Part shown: positions 36,092 to 49,437 of the stretch, piece by piece
Layout of the letters: each line of letters begins with the position of its first letter
Position numbering within the stretch: position 1 is the stretch's first letter
DNA from: Geosiphon pyriformis uo1
Lineage: Eukaryota; Fungi; Glomeromycota
Direction: 5' to 3'
Assembly: GCA_016748015.1 (NCBI GenBank)
Contig: JAAOMT010000295.1
Span: forward strand, 434,001 to 498,000
DNA: 64,000 nt
Notes under the pieces: model-generated
The model's input: the letters and a program-made list of their open reading frames with translations, nothing else
The model's database searches: none
What the model was told of the DNA's origin: nothing
Position numbers and translations under genes: made by a program

Positions 36092-39081
36092 ATAGTTATC
36101 ACATTGATATTAAGTTTGTTGTTAAAATTAACAAGATAAAAAATCAAGCTAAGTTGATTTCTTACTTAGTAGCTAAGTTTTTTGTTAATAACACAATTTG
36201 GGTAAAGAGAATTAGGCTATTACTAAATATATTTTAAATATTATAAGTGATTTCTTTAAAATTAATAACATCTCAATTAACAATAAAAAAACTGTGGTCA
36301 TTTTTATCAATCAAAAGATTAGAAATACTTCTTTGTTAATAAGTGACTTGCCAATTTCTATTGTATAAAAAAAAAGTCTTATAGATATTTGGATATTTTT
36401 TTGTCTTTTAAGAATTATCCAAACTTAATTTAATAAAAACTTATTTAAATATAAAGTTTTTTGTCAATATGGTTTTGAAGAAAACTATTTTGGACAAACA
36501 ATTTCTCTATCTAATTTCAGCTGTACTGCAACTTATTATTAATTACAGGATTCAATTTAGTTTTATTTTTCGAGATGTGTATAACAAGTAGAATATGCTA
36601 ATCAAAAAAAATTTAAGAATAAAAACTGGCTTGCCAAAAAATTTTCTCAATAAGGCTTTCTATCATTTATTTTTGTATGACTTAAGAACTTTTAAACAAA
36701 TACAGACAAAATATAAAGTAACTTCTGTTTTAAGTTTTTTGAATACTAGTAATATTTTCAGTCATTTATTTAATTATAAGGCTTTGGATTTACAAGTATA
36801 AAGTTGGTCTTTTAATTATTTTTTGTAAAGTCTTGTAAAATTAAGAATTAGTCTGATTAACAATTTTTTGGCTAATGTGATAAAAGTTTTTCTGAATTAT
36901 AATATATCTTTTGTAAACAATTTATTCTCTGTATTTTGCTTTTCTAATAATATTTCAATGTCCTTTATTTTGGAAGATTTAGTCTTTTATAATATTTTTT
37001 ACATATTTAAGGAATTTAGTATTGCTTTTATTGAACAACTATACAATAAAAAGAGGTTGATTTTTGATTGGAAAAGCTTTTGTTATTAAAAAAAACTCAA
37101 TTTTAGAAGTTTGGTTTTTGTTTGGTTTAAATTAACATGTAATTATTTGGTTAATACTATCTTTTGTCTTATTAATTATTTTTCTATCAATAATTTATGA
37201 CTTTTAGATATTTTTGATTCCAATGATTTTTTTACAATAAAACATTATTTTTTTGATGTTAACTTGAATATTATAAATGTTTACACTGATAAGTTTTTAA
37301 AAAATTTGGGTATATATAACATAAGATATAATACAGCTGTGTTTTTTGCTGACTTAAGTTTGAATGTGAATGTTAAAATTAGTGGTTTGGTTTTTTTATG
37401 TTGGCAGAGTTGCAAGTAATAGCTCTAATCTTAAAATGTGTTTTAGTTTCTAATGCTATTGTAATATATTTAAATAACCAGACTGCTTTGAATGTCTATG
37501 TTGCAAAATTAAATATAATCTTATTAAACTTTTACAATTGTTGTTGGCTTAAAAGATGCTGTATTATAAACTCTATTAGATATAAAAAACTTGACATTTT
37601 ATAATCGAAAGTTAAAGGCCATTTAGGTGTTTTGGGTAATAAGTGTATTAATAAGTTAGCCAATTTAGCTTTATGTTTAAATTTGGTGTTTCTTGTTTTT
37701 GTTAAAAAAAAATACATTAAAGCTAAAAAAGTAGTAATATCTGGAAATGCTTACTATTTTGTTTATAATATTTTTAGAACTGTTTATCATGTTTGCTAGG
37801 AAGTTGGACTTAGATTTAGTATTATTAATAAAAACATGATTAGAAATATAAATTAAATTTAAACATAATCAATTTGGCATTTTAACTTGTATATAATTTC
37901 TGGTTTTATAAGTAAAATTACTACTGGTTTATGTTTATATTTTATAAAAGCTATATATTATTGTTTATTAGTTGTTGTACATAAATACCTATATAATAGA
38001 GAGTATTCTAATATGTTATGTTTTTATTGTAAGGAGTAGAACTTTCTGATTATTTTTTTACATGTGAAATAAATTTTGCTATTTGCAAAAATCTGCTTAA
38101 TTTATATTTGGCTCAATAAATTTCTATATTAGACTTGAACTTGTTATTATCTTATATTTATAAATATTTTCTTTGAATATGTTTGACAATATTATATATA
38201 CTGTTTTGTACAAGATTTTGTGTTTAAGAAATAGTATTTAGAAACTATATCTGTTTTTGGCTGTTTTAAAGCTGTAAACAAGAAGATTATTAATTTAATA
38301 TAAGGCTTAAAAATGGCTTATTAAGTTAAAATGTGATTAATAAGATCTAAGTATAAGATAATTATAAAAAAAATAGTTTAATTGTGCAGAATAATTTTAT
38401 GTTTTTGATAATTTATAGTTTGTTATCTTTGCTTTCTAATAATATTGTTAAGTTGCTTAAGATTATAGAAACATATAATATTAGTTTTAGTTTGTATAAA
38501 CTTTGCAATTTTTTTTCTGATGTTGATTATGTACTTTTTGTTAAAATAGATTTATAGTGTTGTTTTAATTGGTCTAAGTAATTAATTTCATATAGAAAAT
38601 ATATAATTTATGTTTAAGTTTAAATTATTTAGTTTGATATATTATACTAAGTAATATTTGGATTTTATTTATTAAATAATAATAATAATAAAATATAATT
38701 AGATTAATTATAACTAATATATATTTGTATAAACAAATTAATCTAGTACAAACATAAAAAACTAAATTATGTTTAATAAAACAAGTTTTTTTATTATAAA
38801 AAACCAAAAATTTTTAAAAATTATAAACAGTTATATCTAATAAAAAAATATATAGCAGTACTTAATATTAATTTTTGTTATTTATATTTGTTTATTAATT
38901 TTAATTATATATATTAAATTTTTACTTATAAAAATAGATTATTATTTTTTTTTTTATTAAGCATTTAATGAATAAAACCCAACTGCTATCTAGTACATAG
39001 AGCCAAACTAAGTGGCTCAAACTAAATGCGACTCATGCATTAACAACATGTGACTAGCCACTTAGGCCAGACAAGACAACA

Positions 39082-42000
39082 CTACACACTAATATTAACA
39101 TGAGGCTTACCATCCAGACCCAAAAAAAAGAGGCAAGGCCTAAGATGGCCAAAACTGACAGCAAAAGACTCAGTAATGCCAAGCATCCTTACCACACTAT
39201 TGGAAAGCACAGAAGACACACAACAGGACAAATCTGACACCAAACCATTATCACCAACCAAGCCAGTCTTCTCCATGTCTGCTCTGAATCTAGATCTACT
39301 AACTAGACCCTAGATTAATACAGCTCAACCAAGAACCTCACAAAATCAACCACAATACAGGAAGCCTTCTTAACATCATCGAAAACATCTACTGCTTCAG
39401 CACACCAAACCTTCATCATGAAACCCTTACACAAAACCGAATATCTGCCAATGTCTAAATGACAAAAATTAAAGATCTGAAGAACAGAAAAGGAGGACAG
39501 GTCATGAGCACCAACCAACAAAGCCCAGTGCACAGAAGTCTCCAGCAAAATCTCTCTCTGGATATAAACATTCTGTGAACAAGTAAAAACATAATCTGAC
39601 AGCTCTATCTTCCCACACAACAAACACTGAACATCTGAATAACATTTATTATATAGCCTCTTTCTAACCACCATCGGCAATCTTTTATGCAATGCCTTCA
39701 TCAAATATGTACAAAGATCTGCTGACTTGTAACTAGTAAACCCAGCAAGCATGTGTGAGTCAAGATGCCAGACCTTTGCAGAAGCAGCCCAATCAAAATC
39801 CCCCAACATATCAGCTGAAACCACATCCCAACTAAGACCAGCCTCCCAACAAGCATGACAAATAGACCTAAACACATCCTTGACAAAGTGGTGGGCATTG
39901 CCCGAAACCACAGTGTCATCAGCCACCAAAAAACACTCCCGTATTCTCATCAGCAAAACAAAAGAAAAGCAGGCACCCTCTCCTACAAACCTATCAGCTT
40001 TCACATTGCCAAGAACACCAGCATGACCTTTGACTTTAATCCAATTCACACTAAAATTCTTATCCCTAATCAAGTCAAAAACATGTCTCCTCTCAATCCA
40101 GCAGTGATTGCAGAAATCTGGAACTTCAAGCAACATCTTAGAAACACATGCATTAATAGCAGCTTGGCTGTTGAAATATAACACTACAGAACTAGATGAG
40201 AGAACACATTTCAAAGCCAGAGCAACAGCCTGTAACTCCGCCATGATAGAGAACAAAAGGCCACAAACTTTGACTCCAACACCCAATCCCAGAGCAGGAA
40301 AATATGCAGCCACACCACTTAACACATCAGCAGTTCCAGTCCCCTTCAAAGATCCATCCATATATGTCTCAAAGCAGCCAGACCAAATCTCATATAAACC
40401 ATTCTGCATGGAGGAGAACACATCAGACTCCAAAACGTTTAAACCACCAGATTGAACAGCAACAGATGAGCAAGAGAAAAAAAAACCCTAATCCAAAAAG
40501 TACTTAAAAGCAACTGTAAACCAAAGAGGCACAGAGCCCTGTGGATCTAAATGTTTCTAGTGACAAAAAGTTTTCCAATCCAACAACAACCCTTTTTTAT
40601 TGAAAAGCCGATCACCGAAAACAACACCAAAATGCTTAAAAAAACAAACAGAATTGAAGTACAAAGACTTCCTAAGAATCGAAGGCATCAGAAAACGACC
40701 AGGATGACAGAAAGCATTGGGGAGGTTGTTCACTAAAGAGAGATCAATATTCATCAAAATCTTCACAACACTTGCTAAAAAATTGTTTACTAGACTAACA
40801 CACAACTTGACAGAATACTGAAAAAGATTCAAAGGAGTCCAACTCAGAACCTGCAAGTCCAAAAACCTATGTTCAAATAAGCAGCCAAGAATACCAGATG
40901 CATTAGCAAACGAGACCAAGGAAGCCATCTTCCTTTCAAACTGCATCTGCTCAAAAGATTTTAGACCATACAAAGAAGAATAATGCAAAGCAGCATTAGA
41001 GAAATCACAAGGTAGACATGCCTTAGATCTGAAGCCCTTTCTAACTAAAACATCTCACTTGCGGCAAACACCAGATAAAACAAAACTAAACTGTGTACAG
41101 TAACTAACAATGAACTGCAAAACAGCCAACACCAAATAGAAAAACTGCTTATCCATGATCACCTTCCTGAGCACCCTGTTGACAAAAAAACAAACATCCA
41201 AGTAAACTTTGGCCAAACTTGGTTTGGACAACTTTTCAGTTGACAAAAAAATCCCCAAATATCTGTAAGCTTCACTCTTTCTGGCAATAGAAATTGGCTG
41301 ACCACTTATACCCAAAGTAGCAACCTTAACACCCTGATTAATAGGTATAGCCATTGTCTTCTCATTGTTTATAGAAATATCATTGATATAAAAGAACTCA
41401 CTAGTGATATTTAAAGCATATTGCATAGAAGCTTGGCAATCTCCAACCCAAATCGTATCATCCACAAAAGCGCCAACAGCAAAGAAGAAAGACATCCCAC
41501 CACCATTCTTAATTCTGCCAGTTCTTGTCACAAACTTAGTATCAATATGATAACTACACAGATGTTCATGTCTTTTAACCTCACACAAGAGCAGGTCATA
41601 AAAAATTTTCCAAAGAAGAGGTAAAAAGACTTCACTCTGATCAAAGCCATCATGCACCCTATAATCACTCAAAAGACCAAAATCAGTCATCACTCTATTA
41701 ACTCTGTTCTCATGAATGTTACCAAAAAAGTCAATAAACCTGCCGCACATTTTGATATGACGCAGATTAGCTCTTAGGTGGTGCCAACCAACAGAATTGT
41801 ATGCCTTGTGCATATCCTGCAAAACCAATCACAGTTCCCTATTTTTCTTAAGAGCATTCTCAACCACTGATCCAACAGCAAAAACAGAAGATTGTGTTGA
41901 TATACTCTTTAATACTGAGAAATTGTCATCACGGAGAATGCCAAATCTACTGCATGCAAGAGAAATTCTATCTGAAAGAATCTTTCTGGCCGTTTCTATC

Positions 42001-43760
42001 AAAGTGATGGGACAAGTGTTTGTCAGAACTCCATTCCAATCATAAGGTTTTGGAATCATTGAGACCCAGGCTCTTTTCCATAAAGCAGGTACTGAACCAA
42101 CAGACAAATACACATTCAACAAAACCAAGAGACACTTCATTACTTCCACACCACCCTATTTCCAAAGTTTGTTAGAAATGCCAGACAAACCAGCAGCTTT
42201 GTCATCAGGCAAATCACCAACAACCAAAAGCAATTCATCCAAAGTGATAGCACTCATAACACCAAAAAAAGCATCATCCTTAACATGAGCCAAAGGGGCA
42301 TACTAATGGACCCAAAGATCAGGTAGCACTGAAGGCACCATCTACCTTCTCATCCAGCCTTCCATGATACTGTCAACTTTCAATTTTACCTTCTTAGGCT
42401 CCAAAACAAGCTCATCATCAATGACTAAATGATCCAACACAACCTTTTGAAAAGGCTGATCCAAAACACTCCTGATCATGCTATCCTTGTCAGAACAAAA
42501 CTTTTCCATACACTTCTCAATAGCTTCCCTGATGAAAGCCTTCTGTGCCAATTTTGACTAATACAATTTGGATTTTCTGTACTCTTTTTTGACGATTGAC
42601 AAGAACTTAAGAACAGCAACCTTCCTCTGACCCAATTGAACCATATCCATCAACATGAGAGCCTTGTTAGCATCCAATGTAGACCATTTCCTCACAAGAC
42701 AATCAAAACCAAAGGTATTAGCTGAGCTGAACTTTTTGACAATTTTGATGATAAGCAACTCCAAGCCCAAAAACTTAGAGGATTGTTTATTTTTTAAGCA
42801 CTGAAATTCACTGAACCAATGCCGAGAAAAAATTTCATCTGCAGAATCTACCAACACCTTTTCCAGCAGAGATCACATAGCATCCAGATCTTGCTCAGCA
42901 GCAGCAGTAAGGAAATCATTCTTTATTTCCAAAATCATAACAGAAGAGTGGTCCCTGAAATGAGACCATCCAGTAACATCTGCATTCTTGATATTAAACT
43001 TCCAGCAATCTTTGTTAGCCTGCTTATGCAAGCTATTCAAACAAACATTCAAAAGCCCACCCAAACCAACAGAGACCATAACAGCATTGTGATCGGTGTT
43101 GAAAAAGTCCAAAACTGGGCCAACTCTATGGCCAGCCACAGCAGAAATCAAATTTTCACTAACAAAAATGAAATCAATAGTCCTCTCGACTCCCCTAAAA
43201 TTACCCCATGTGGTAGCTCCAACCAAAGAATAACCAGAAAATAAATTAACCAAACCCAAATTTGAGCAGAACCTGAAGCTTGCACTCCTCCCAGATCCAT
43301 TTTCATTGAAGTTCCCATCCAAAACAACAAAGATGCTGGAGTTAACAGCCTTAGCAATGAGAGAATTTACCTCAGAAGCCTGACCAAAACAAACACCAGA
43401 AGAAGCACTAGCATACAACCCAATAACAGAAACCAAAAGTTTATTCTTGAACAGAAGCCATATAGCAACAACTCGGCCAGGGACTTCCTCAACCTTAGAG
43501 ACATGACAAGCCAAAGAATTGTTCATAATGACGGCAACACCAGCACCAAGAAAACCAATGTCTAATTTAGAAGTGAAGATATGGACACCTTCATATTTAT
43601 CTTTAATTTACGGACCAACAGAAGATCTTAATTTTGTCTCAGTTACAAAAGAGATTGTAAAGCCAGAATCCACATGCCAATGGAGAACATCCACTTGCTT
43701 TGCAGGAACATTGAGACTCTAAACATTACACATAGCAAATTTCCAAACCAGGTTACTCAT
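39082..43760 (-). pseudogene. LINE ORF2: APE endonuclease, RT, RNase H, C-terminal zinc finger
   Basis: MSNLVWKFAMCNV, VLDGNFN, RTIDFIF, NTDH (APE); LQDMHKAYNSV, AFVDDT (RT); YMDGS, AELQAV, KVKGHAGVLGNVKAD (RNase H); CLLCGKIELSDYVFTC. Fragments from 43526 to 39315 share one frame. Confidence 0.93.
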
Positions 43761-45630
43761 TGGGATGAAAAAGGCAAAGGAGCACCTGAACTAAAGCACA
43801 TATCATCCAAATGAGCCAACATTGAACCAATAGAAGCTTCCAAGAATGCTAACTTAGATTCCAAACCACCCACTTTGCCAGTGAGAACCTTGAAGCTACT
43901 TGAACCGAGATTAGGCTCACCAACAATGGCAGCAGAAAAGGGATGAGGAGCAGACAACATCAAAGCACCACCCAAAACCATATCCGAGTCTAAACTCAAA
44001 GCCGAAGAAGCAGAAGTGTCAAAAGGAGAAGTAAAAGATAAAAACACCAGAGGCACCAGTTCAACACTGGCAAGATGTCTAATGATGATAGACACCTGGT
44101 CAAAAAGAAGCTCCAATAAGCATTCCAAAGAGGCCAAGCAGTTATTCAAAAAAGAGACATTACCAAAGCCATAATGTGAAGAAGGAAGAGAACCTAAGCC
44201 GGAACCAGCAGACAAACCATGAGAGAGAGAGGTTGCCACCGAAACTACTTGGGCCCAGGATTTTCCACCAAAAGCAACAGGGCAAGAGATTGGAACATCC
44301 TTCTTTTGATATAATTTGGCCAGCTGGAGATGCCTTATCTCAGAAACAAAATCTTTAGAAGATTTAGCCAAAGATGATGATAGTATATTATTAGCAGGAG
44401 CATTACATTTAAGCACCAAATGTCCAAAACGCCCACACCTCCTGCACTGAACCAAATCTAATCTAGCCCAAGAAAGTCACACACCACCAAAAATAGGCTC
44501 AGTGTGAAAGATGGAATCCAAATCTCTCTCAAATTCAAAGCTGACCACAGCACAGCAAAATTTATTACCAATGTCCAAAAAACAATTAATAATGCAAGTT
44601 TTACCACCTGCCCCATCCAAAAGAGTGCCAAGATCATGTGCAGTTGTTCTTACTGGCAGAGTAAACAGAAGCACTCTGAAGTAATCCTTAGATGTCCATA
44701 TATTATGATCTCCCACAGCCATAGCCACACAAACCAAATCTTTTCCGATTAAGAATGACCATCTTGAAACCAATTACACAGCCTGGTCTAAATCGGCAAA
44801 TTCCACCACAGCCTTCTGCCACATACCAACCAACTGGATTTTGATTGACTTAATTATTCCAAACTCAGAGACAGCAGCGATGATCATGTCTTTAGGCGTA
44901 TCCATGGAAATTTTTTTGATCACCACAGCCCGATCTGAACGAAGTCCTTGTTTTTTCACATTGTTGTTTACAATGATCTCTTCTTTTTCGGCTAATAATG
45001 CAGCTTTCTTCATGCTCTTCTCAGAAGTAAACATCGATTGGATGATCTCTTCAAATTTTGAGGAAGTAGTGGCCCCCCAAAACCATTGACTTTTGAGAAA
45101 ATTTTTTTAATTAACTGAGTCTTAGCCGTTGCTGATTTACCCTCCACAGCTGAAAGATTAATATCCAAAGCAAATGACTTTTTAACTGACACTTACACAA
45201 GAGTTTTGATAATTTTAGGGTCGATCCATTTCTTCTCTAAAGAGATAGATAAGCGAGGAAGGAACACAACTTCATCATTATCCATATGAAAATTAGGAGA
45301 GCCAAGTGGAGAACCAAAACCAGCACCAGTATTGACTCATTTTGTCTTGAGTGTAGTAGCTGTTGAATCCAAAAGAAACCCACCATTTGTCCTAGACATG
45401 CTAACATTCTCATCCTCACCAGAGAGACTCTCCACATTAGAATACACACTGCCACTAGATTCAGCTTTGCTTAAGAATATATCCTTCTTATTACCAGAAT
45501 GTTTCACATTATCAAGAACAATCTTTTTCTTCTGAGAAAAGGAGTCATCAGCAGGACCTTGAAAAGCACCTTTAGGAGTTGTCTTTTTCTTCTTAGGTTC
45601 AGTGCTACTAGCAGTAGCTTCCATATCCAT
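43757..45630 (-). pseudogene. LINE ORF1: two RRM-like segments and a CCHC knuckle
   Basis: AVVIKKISMDTPKDMIIAAVSEFGIIKSIKI...AVVEF; RVLLFTLPVRTTAHDL; CRRCGRFGHLVLKC. Confidence 0.85.
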
Positions 45631-46339
45631 GAAAAATGGGTTACTATTAGGTAAAAAAATATTGATATAGACTAAAAAACCAAAAACTTCTTTTCTCAGA
45701 AAATGCGCTTTTTGGGGATTTGTGGAGATAAGAAAGAAAGAAGTTTTTCTTTTAGTTTTTTTAAAGTTTAATTATATAGATTATTTAACTATTATTAAAT
45801 TTGTTATAATATTATTTTTAACTTTATTATAGTTTTTTATCATAAACTAATAAATTGTATTTTAATAAAAATGATTTTTTTAAACTTAAAAAAATTACAA
45901 ATAATGTTGATCTAAGAATATTAATTAAAATCTTTTTAATAATTACTTTTTAATTTAAATAAATGTTAATTTTTTTTAAATTATTGTTTATTATAATTTT
46001 TTTAGTTATTGTTAAATTTTTTGTTTGATTTAAGTTTTATTTAAAAATAAATATTGATATAATAATATTTAAAAATTTTAAAAAAGTAAAATTATTTTTA
46101 AAACTATCTATATAATAAAAAAATTTTTAATAATTTTTAATTTATTATTTAAAATTTTTTCAATAACATATTAATATGAAAAATAAATATTTAACTGAAT
46201 TAAAACTTATTTTTTTTACTAATATAATAATATAAAACTTTAAAAAAACTAAAACAGACAAAAAAAGCTTTATAATATTATTATTATTTATATTATTAAT
46301 TAAAAACAACTGTATTAGTTTTATTAAATTATGTAAACA

Positions 46340-47150
46340 TATACAAATTTATTATTATTATTTATAAAATAATAAAAAAACAAACCAATTATTAGTTATA
46401 ATATAAATTAGTTAATTATATATTAAATATTAATAAATAATATAATATTAAAAAATTTAAAAATCTCATAAAGAATTTTAAAAATTTTACAATACCAAAA
46501 ATTTTAAAAATATTGATAAAAATGCCAGAAATTTTAAATAACTAAAAAAATATAAAAGTTATATATATATAGTAGTAATTTTAAAAACAAAAAAAAATTA
46601 TTTTTTTAACAATTATTTTATTATTATTATTTTATTTCTTTAAAATTTAGAAATTTATTATTTGAAATAAGTAATAAAAATTATAATTATTATATTTTAA
46701 ATATTATTATTAAATACAAATTATATATAATCAAAGTATTTATTGTAAATTTACTTATCAATTATTTTTAATAACTTAAAATATTAATATTAATTATATT
46801 TATTGAAAAATTATAATTTTACTAATACAATAATTTTTAATTATGATTATTAATAAGATATTAATTTTTTTCAATTTATTTTATTTTATTTTTTGTTATT
46901 GTTTATTGTATTTTGTAAAATTATTAATTAATTAAAAAAAACATTAAAATTATAATATCAAGAATTGTCTAATAAAAAACATAAAAAACAAGATAAAAAT
47001 TAGTTTAAAAACTAAGATTACTTACTAAAAAAATAAAATAAGCTAGTTTTATTTATGATTTTAACACTGTTTAATTTTTGTAAATATTTATAATAAGTTT
47101 TTTTTACTATTAAATTTTTAAAATTATTAAATATTAAACATATAATTATT
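46340..47150 (+). repeat. Almost completely AT-converted family A LTR relic (boundaries approximate)
   Basis: Retains the order of LTR blocks: U3 array, atatatatatagtagta, actaatacaataatttttaattatgattatt (compare ctggaacaatagctcttgatcatggctatt), T-rich tract. Confidence 0.55.
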
Positions 47151-47168
47151 TTTAACTTTTAAAAAAAC

Positions 47169-47169
<1 letters not shown>

Positions 47170-47218
<49 letters not shown>
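47170..47218. repeat. (TTA)n microsatellite
   Basis: Seen directly. Confidence 0.95.
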
Positions 47219-47221
<3 letters not shown>

Positions 47222-47420
47222 ATTTAAAAAAACCATATTTAATATAATTTAAGTAAAAAAAAAACAATTAATTTTAATGTAAAATATAATTATTAAGTGA
47301 ATAAGCAATTTAATTATAGTTTTATTTATATTATATATAAAATAAATATATTAAATAAATTTTTTATTGTAAATTCAATATAATATATAATCTTAACTAA
47401 TTATATATAAAAAATACATA

Positions 47421-47797
47421 AATTATATTTATTTTACTATTTTGTTTATTGTATTATAATAAATAATAATTGAATTATATTTATTTTACTATTTTGTTTA
47501 TTGTATTATAATAAGTAATAATTGAATTATATTTATTTTACTATTTTGTTTATTGTATTATAATAAGTAATAATTGAATTATATTTATTTTACTATTTTG
47601 TTTATTGTATTATAATAAGTAATAATTGAATTATATTTATTTTACTATTTTGTTTATTGTATTATAATAAGTAATAATTGAATTATATTTATTTTACTAT
47701 TTTGTTTATTGTATTATAATAAGTAATAATTGAATTATATTTATTTTACTATTTTGTTTATTGTATTATAATAAGTAATAATTGAATTATATTTATT
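47421..47797. repeat. 52-bp minisatellite, about 7.25 copies
   Basis: Unit aattatatttattttactattttgtttattgtattataataagtaataattg; copies identical except one G>A in the first. Confidence 0.97.
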
Positions 47798-47925
47798 AAT
47801 ATAAAAAAAAAGTTTATTTTTTTATTAGTTTTTAAAAATAAATATTAAAATTAAAATTACCAATATATTAATATTTATTTGTTTAAAAATTTATATAAAA
47901 AATATTCAACTTTATTTATATTAAA

Positions 47926-47928
47926 TTA

Positions 47929-47978
<50 letters not shown>

Positions 47979-48016
47979 GTTGTTGTTGTTGTTATTATTG
48001 TTATTGTTATTATTGT
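47926..48016. repeat. (TTA)n/(TTG)n compound microsatellite
   Basis: Seen directly; explains the poly-Leu ORF 47929-48117. Confidence 0.95.
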
Positions 48017-48974
48017 TTTTTTATGCTTTTATAAAGTGTAACTTACTTATTACTTTAAATTATACAATTAATGATCACTATACAAAAAAATGTAGCTCAC
48101 ACTTTTACTACATGTAATTGTTGTTTCAATAAAAAATTTTTAAAATAATTTTTAACATTTATTAATTTTTGTAAATTTAACTGTGTTATATTATTTATAA
48201 TTAAAAGAAAAAATTTTACTTTAAATTGTATTTTGGAGATAATAATAAATTATGATACAGTATAAAAGAGAAACATAATAAATAAACAAACAAACAAATT
48301 TATTAACTTGTATATTTACATGGATTTTCGCAGTGCTTACATGTTAAAAAAAACATAAAAAGCAGGTTAATCATTTTTTTTTTAAAACTGTTACAATTAC
48401 AATATAATTATAATTATAATTAATAATTTCGTAATTTACTCAAAATATAAAATTGGGAATTAATTTCAATAAAGTTAATAACTAATTTTAGTCAATTGTT
48501 TTTATCCTTTTAATATATAAAAATTGCCAAAATCTAATAGTAATAGTAATAATAATAGTATAGTAATAGAATTTAATTTAATTATTTAATCCAAAATAAA
48601 ATGTGCACAGCCTTTGGTTGTAATTTTTTATCACATAAAACTGGTTCTGAATTCTATAATTAGGAAAAAAAAAAGCAAGAAAAAGTTTAATCACAAGCAG
48701 CAAAAAATTTTCTTGTAATAGGAAAGGACTTTTTCTAAAGTATCGATAAGTAAATAAAAAATTTAATGAAAAAAATACAACTTTATGTGAAATAAATTCA
48801 TCGGTATTATTTTCTTAATAATAATATTAAATATGTCGTTTTTAAATACAGGCCGAGATTATAGACACTCAGAATCGATGGATTGTTTTTTCAAGTAAAG
48901 GTTTTCGGGTGTCTTATTTTGATAAAGAAGTAGTTACTAAATATTATTTTGTTAAATTTTTCGATGGATTATTG

Positions 48975-49372
48975 TTAGACACTCAATTTTAACTCTTGTA
49001 ATCCATTGTTCAGTTCCTTTGATTTTTTCGTACTCCACCAAAAGGGAGTTTCTGTTGTAAAGAGATCCGAAAATGCGAGATAAAATCCTATAACTGCTGT
49101 TACGACTAAGTAAATAGCAAAGAGTTGAGGTGAAAATAGATTAGAATTTTTTTTTTTTTTGAATTCTCATAAATCAAAAAAGAAAAATTTTAAATTTATT
49201 CGGTAAAAACTTACCACCCAATGAACCACCGATCTGATCAAATAAGTGATTGCCGGTAAATTTTTTCAAAACCAGAAAAATATAAGTAATAGTAAGCACA
49301 AAGAGAGCCGCAGTCAGTCCAATTTTTGTACGCAATGAACAAATGAACATAATAAATGTGACTAATTGATTA

Positions 49373-49437
<65 letters not shown>

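Larger units (their letters stand above)
21137..38560 (+). mobile_element. Decayed LINE (ORF1 plus APE-RT-RNaseH ORF2), 5'-truncated, split by a solo LTR (22064-22889) and a full Gypsy element (25970-36091)
   Basis: Collinear with the better-preserved LINE at 38944-45775: ORF2 start MTNLI.KIATCNI at 23752, LSIKLLFKNKLSV (APE), PIVLIETAQKI (RT), MLAELQVIALILKCV and KVKGHLGVLGN (RNase H). Confidence 0.88.
38944..45775 (-). mobile_element. Near full-length LINE (non-LTR retrotransposon with RNase H); least eroded LINE copy in the window
   Basis: Poly(A) tail (T-run 38945-38955), candidate 10-bp TSD ATAGATTATT (38934-38943, 45776-45785), two ORFs. Confidence 0.95.
38730..46330 (-). mobile_element. 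Extremely AT-eroded LINE ORF1 relic (38730-38943 and 45776-46330) into which the younger LINE inserted
   Basis: Reverse complement aligns by eye to 21600-23040 with nearly all C and G converted to T and A. Confidence 0.6.

Noticed and set aside
39855-45535. Numerous plus-strand ORFs over the LINE, and similar antisense or off-frame ORFs over the Gypsy elements and host genes (e.g. 13311-13892, 60372-60770)
   Set aside because: Shadow frames of real coding sequence with no independent motifs.
6319-45775. Alternative genetic code or programmed readthrough as the explanation for in-frame stops
   Set aside because: All three stop types occur at Gln/Arg/Trp positions that differ between copies, and host genes end at TAA/TGA normally.
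47421-47797. 52-bp array as a CRISPR
   Set aside because: Head-to-tail identical units with no unique spacers, no cas genes, and a eukaryotic context.
47929-48117. Poly-Leu ORF
   Set aside because: Translation of a (TTA/TTG)n microsatellite.
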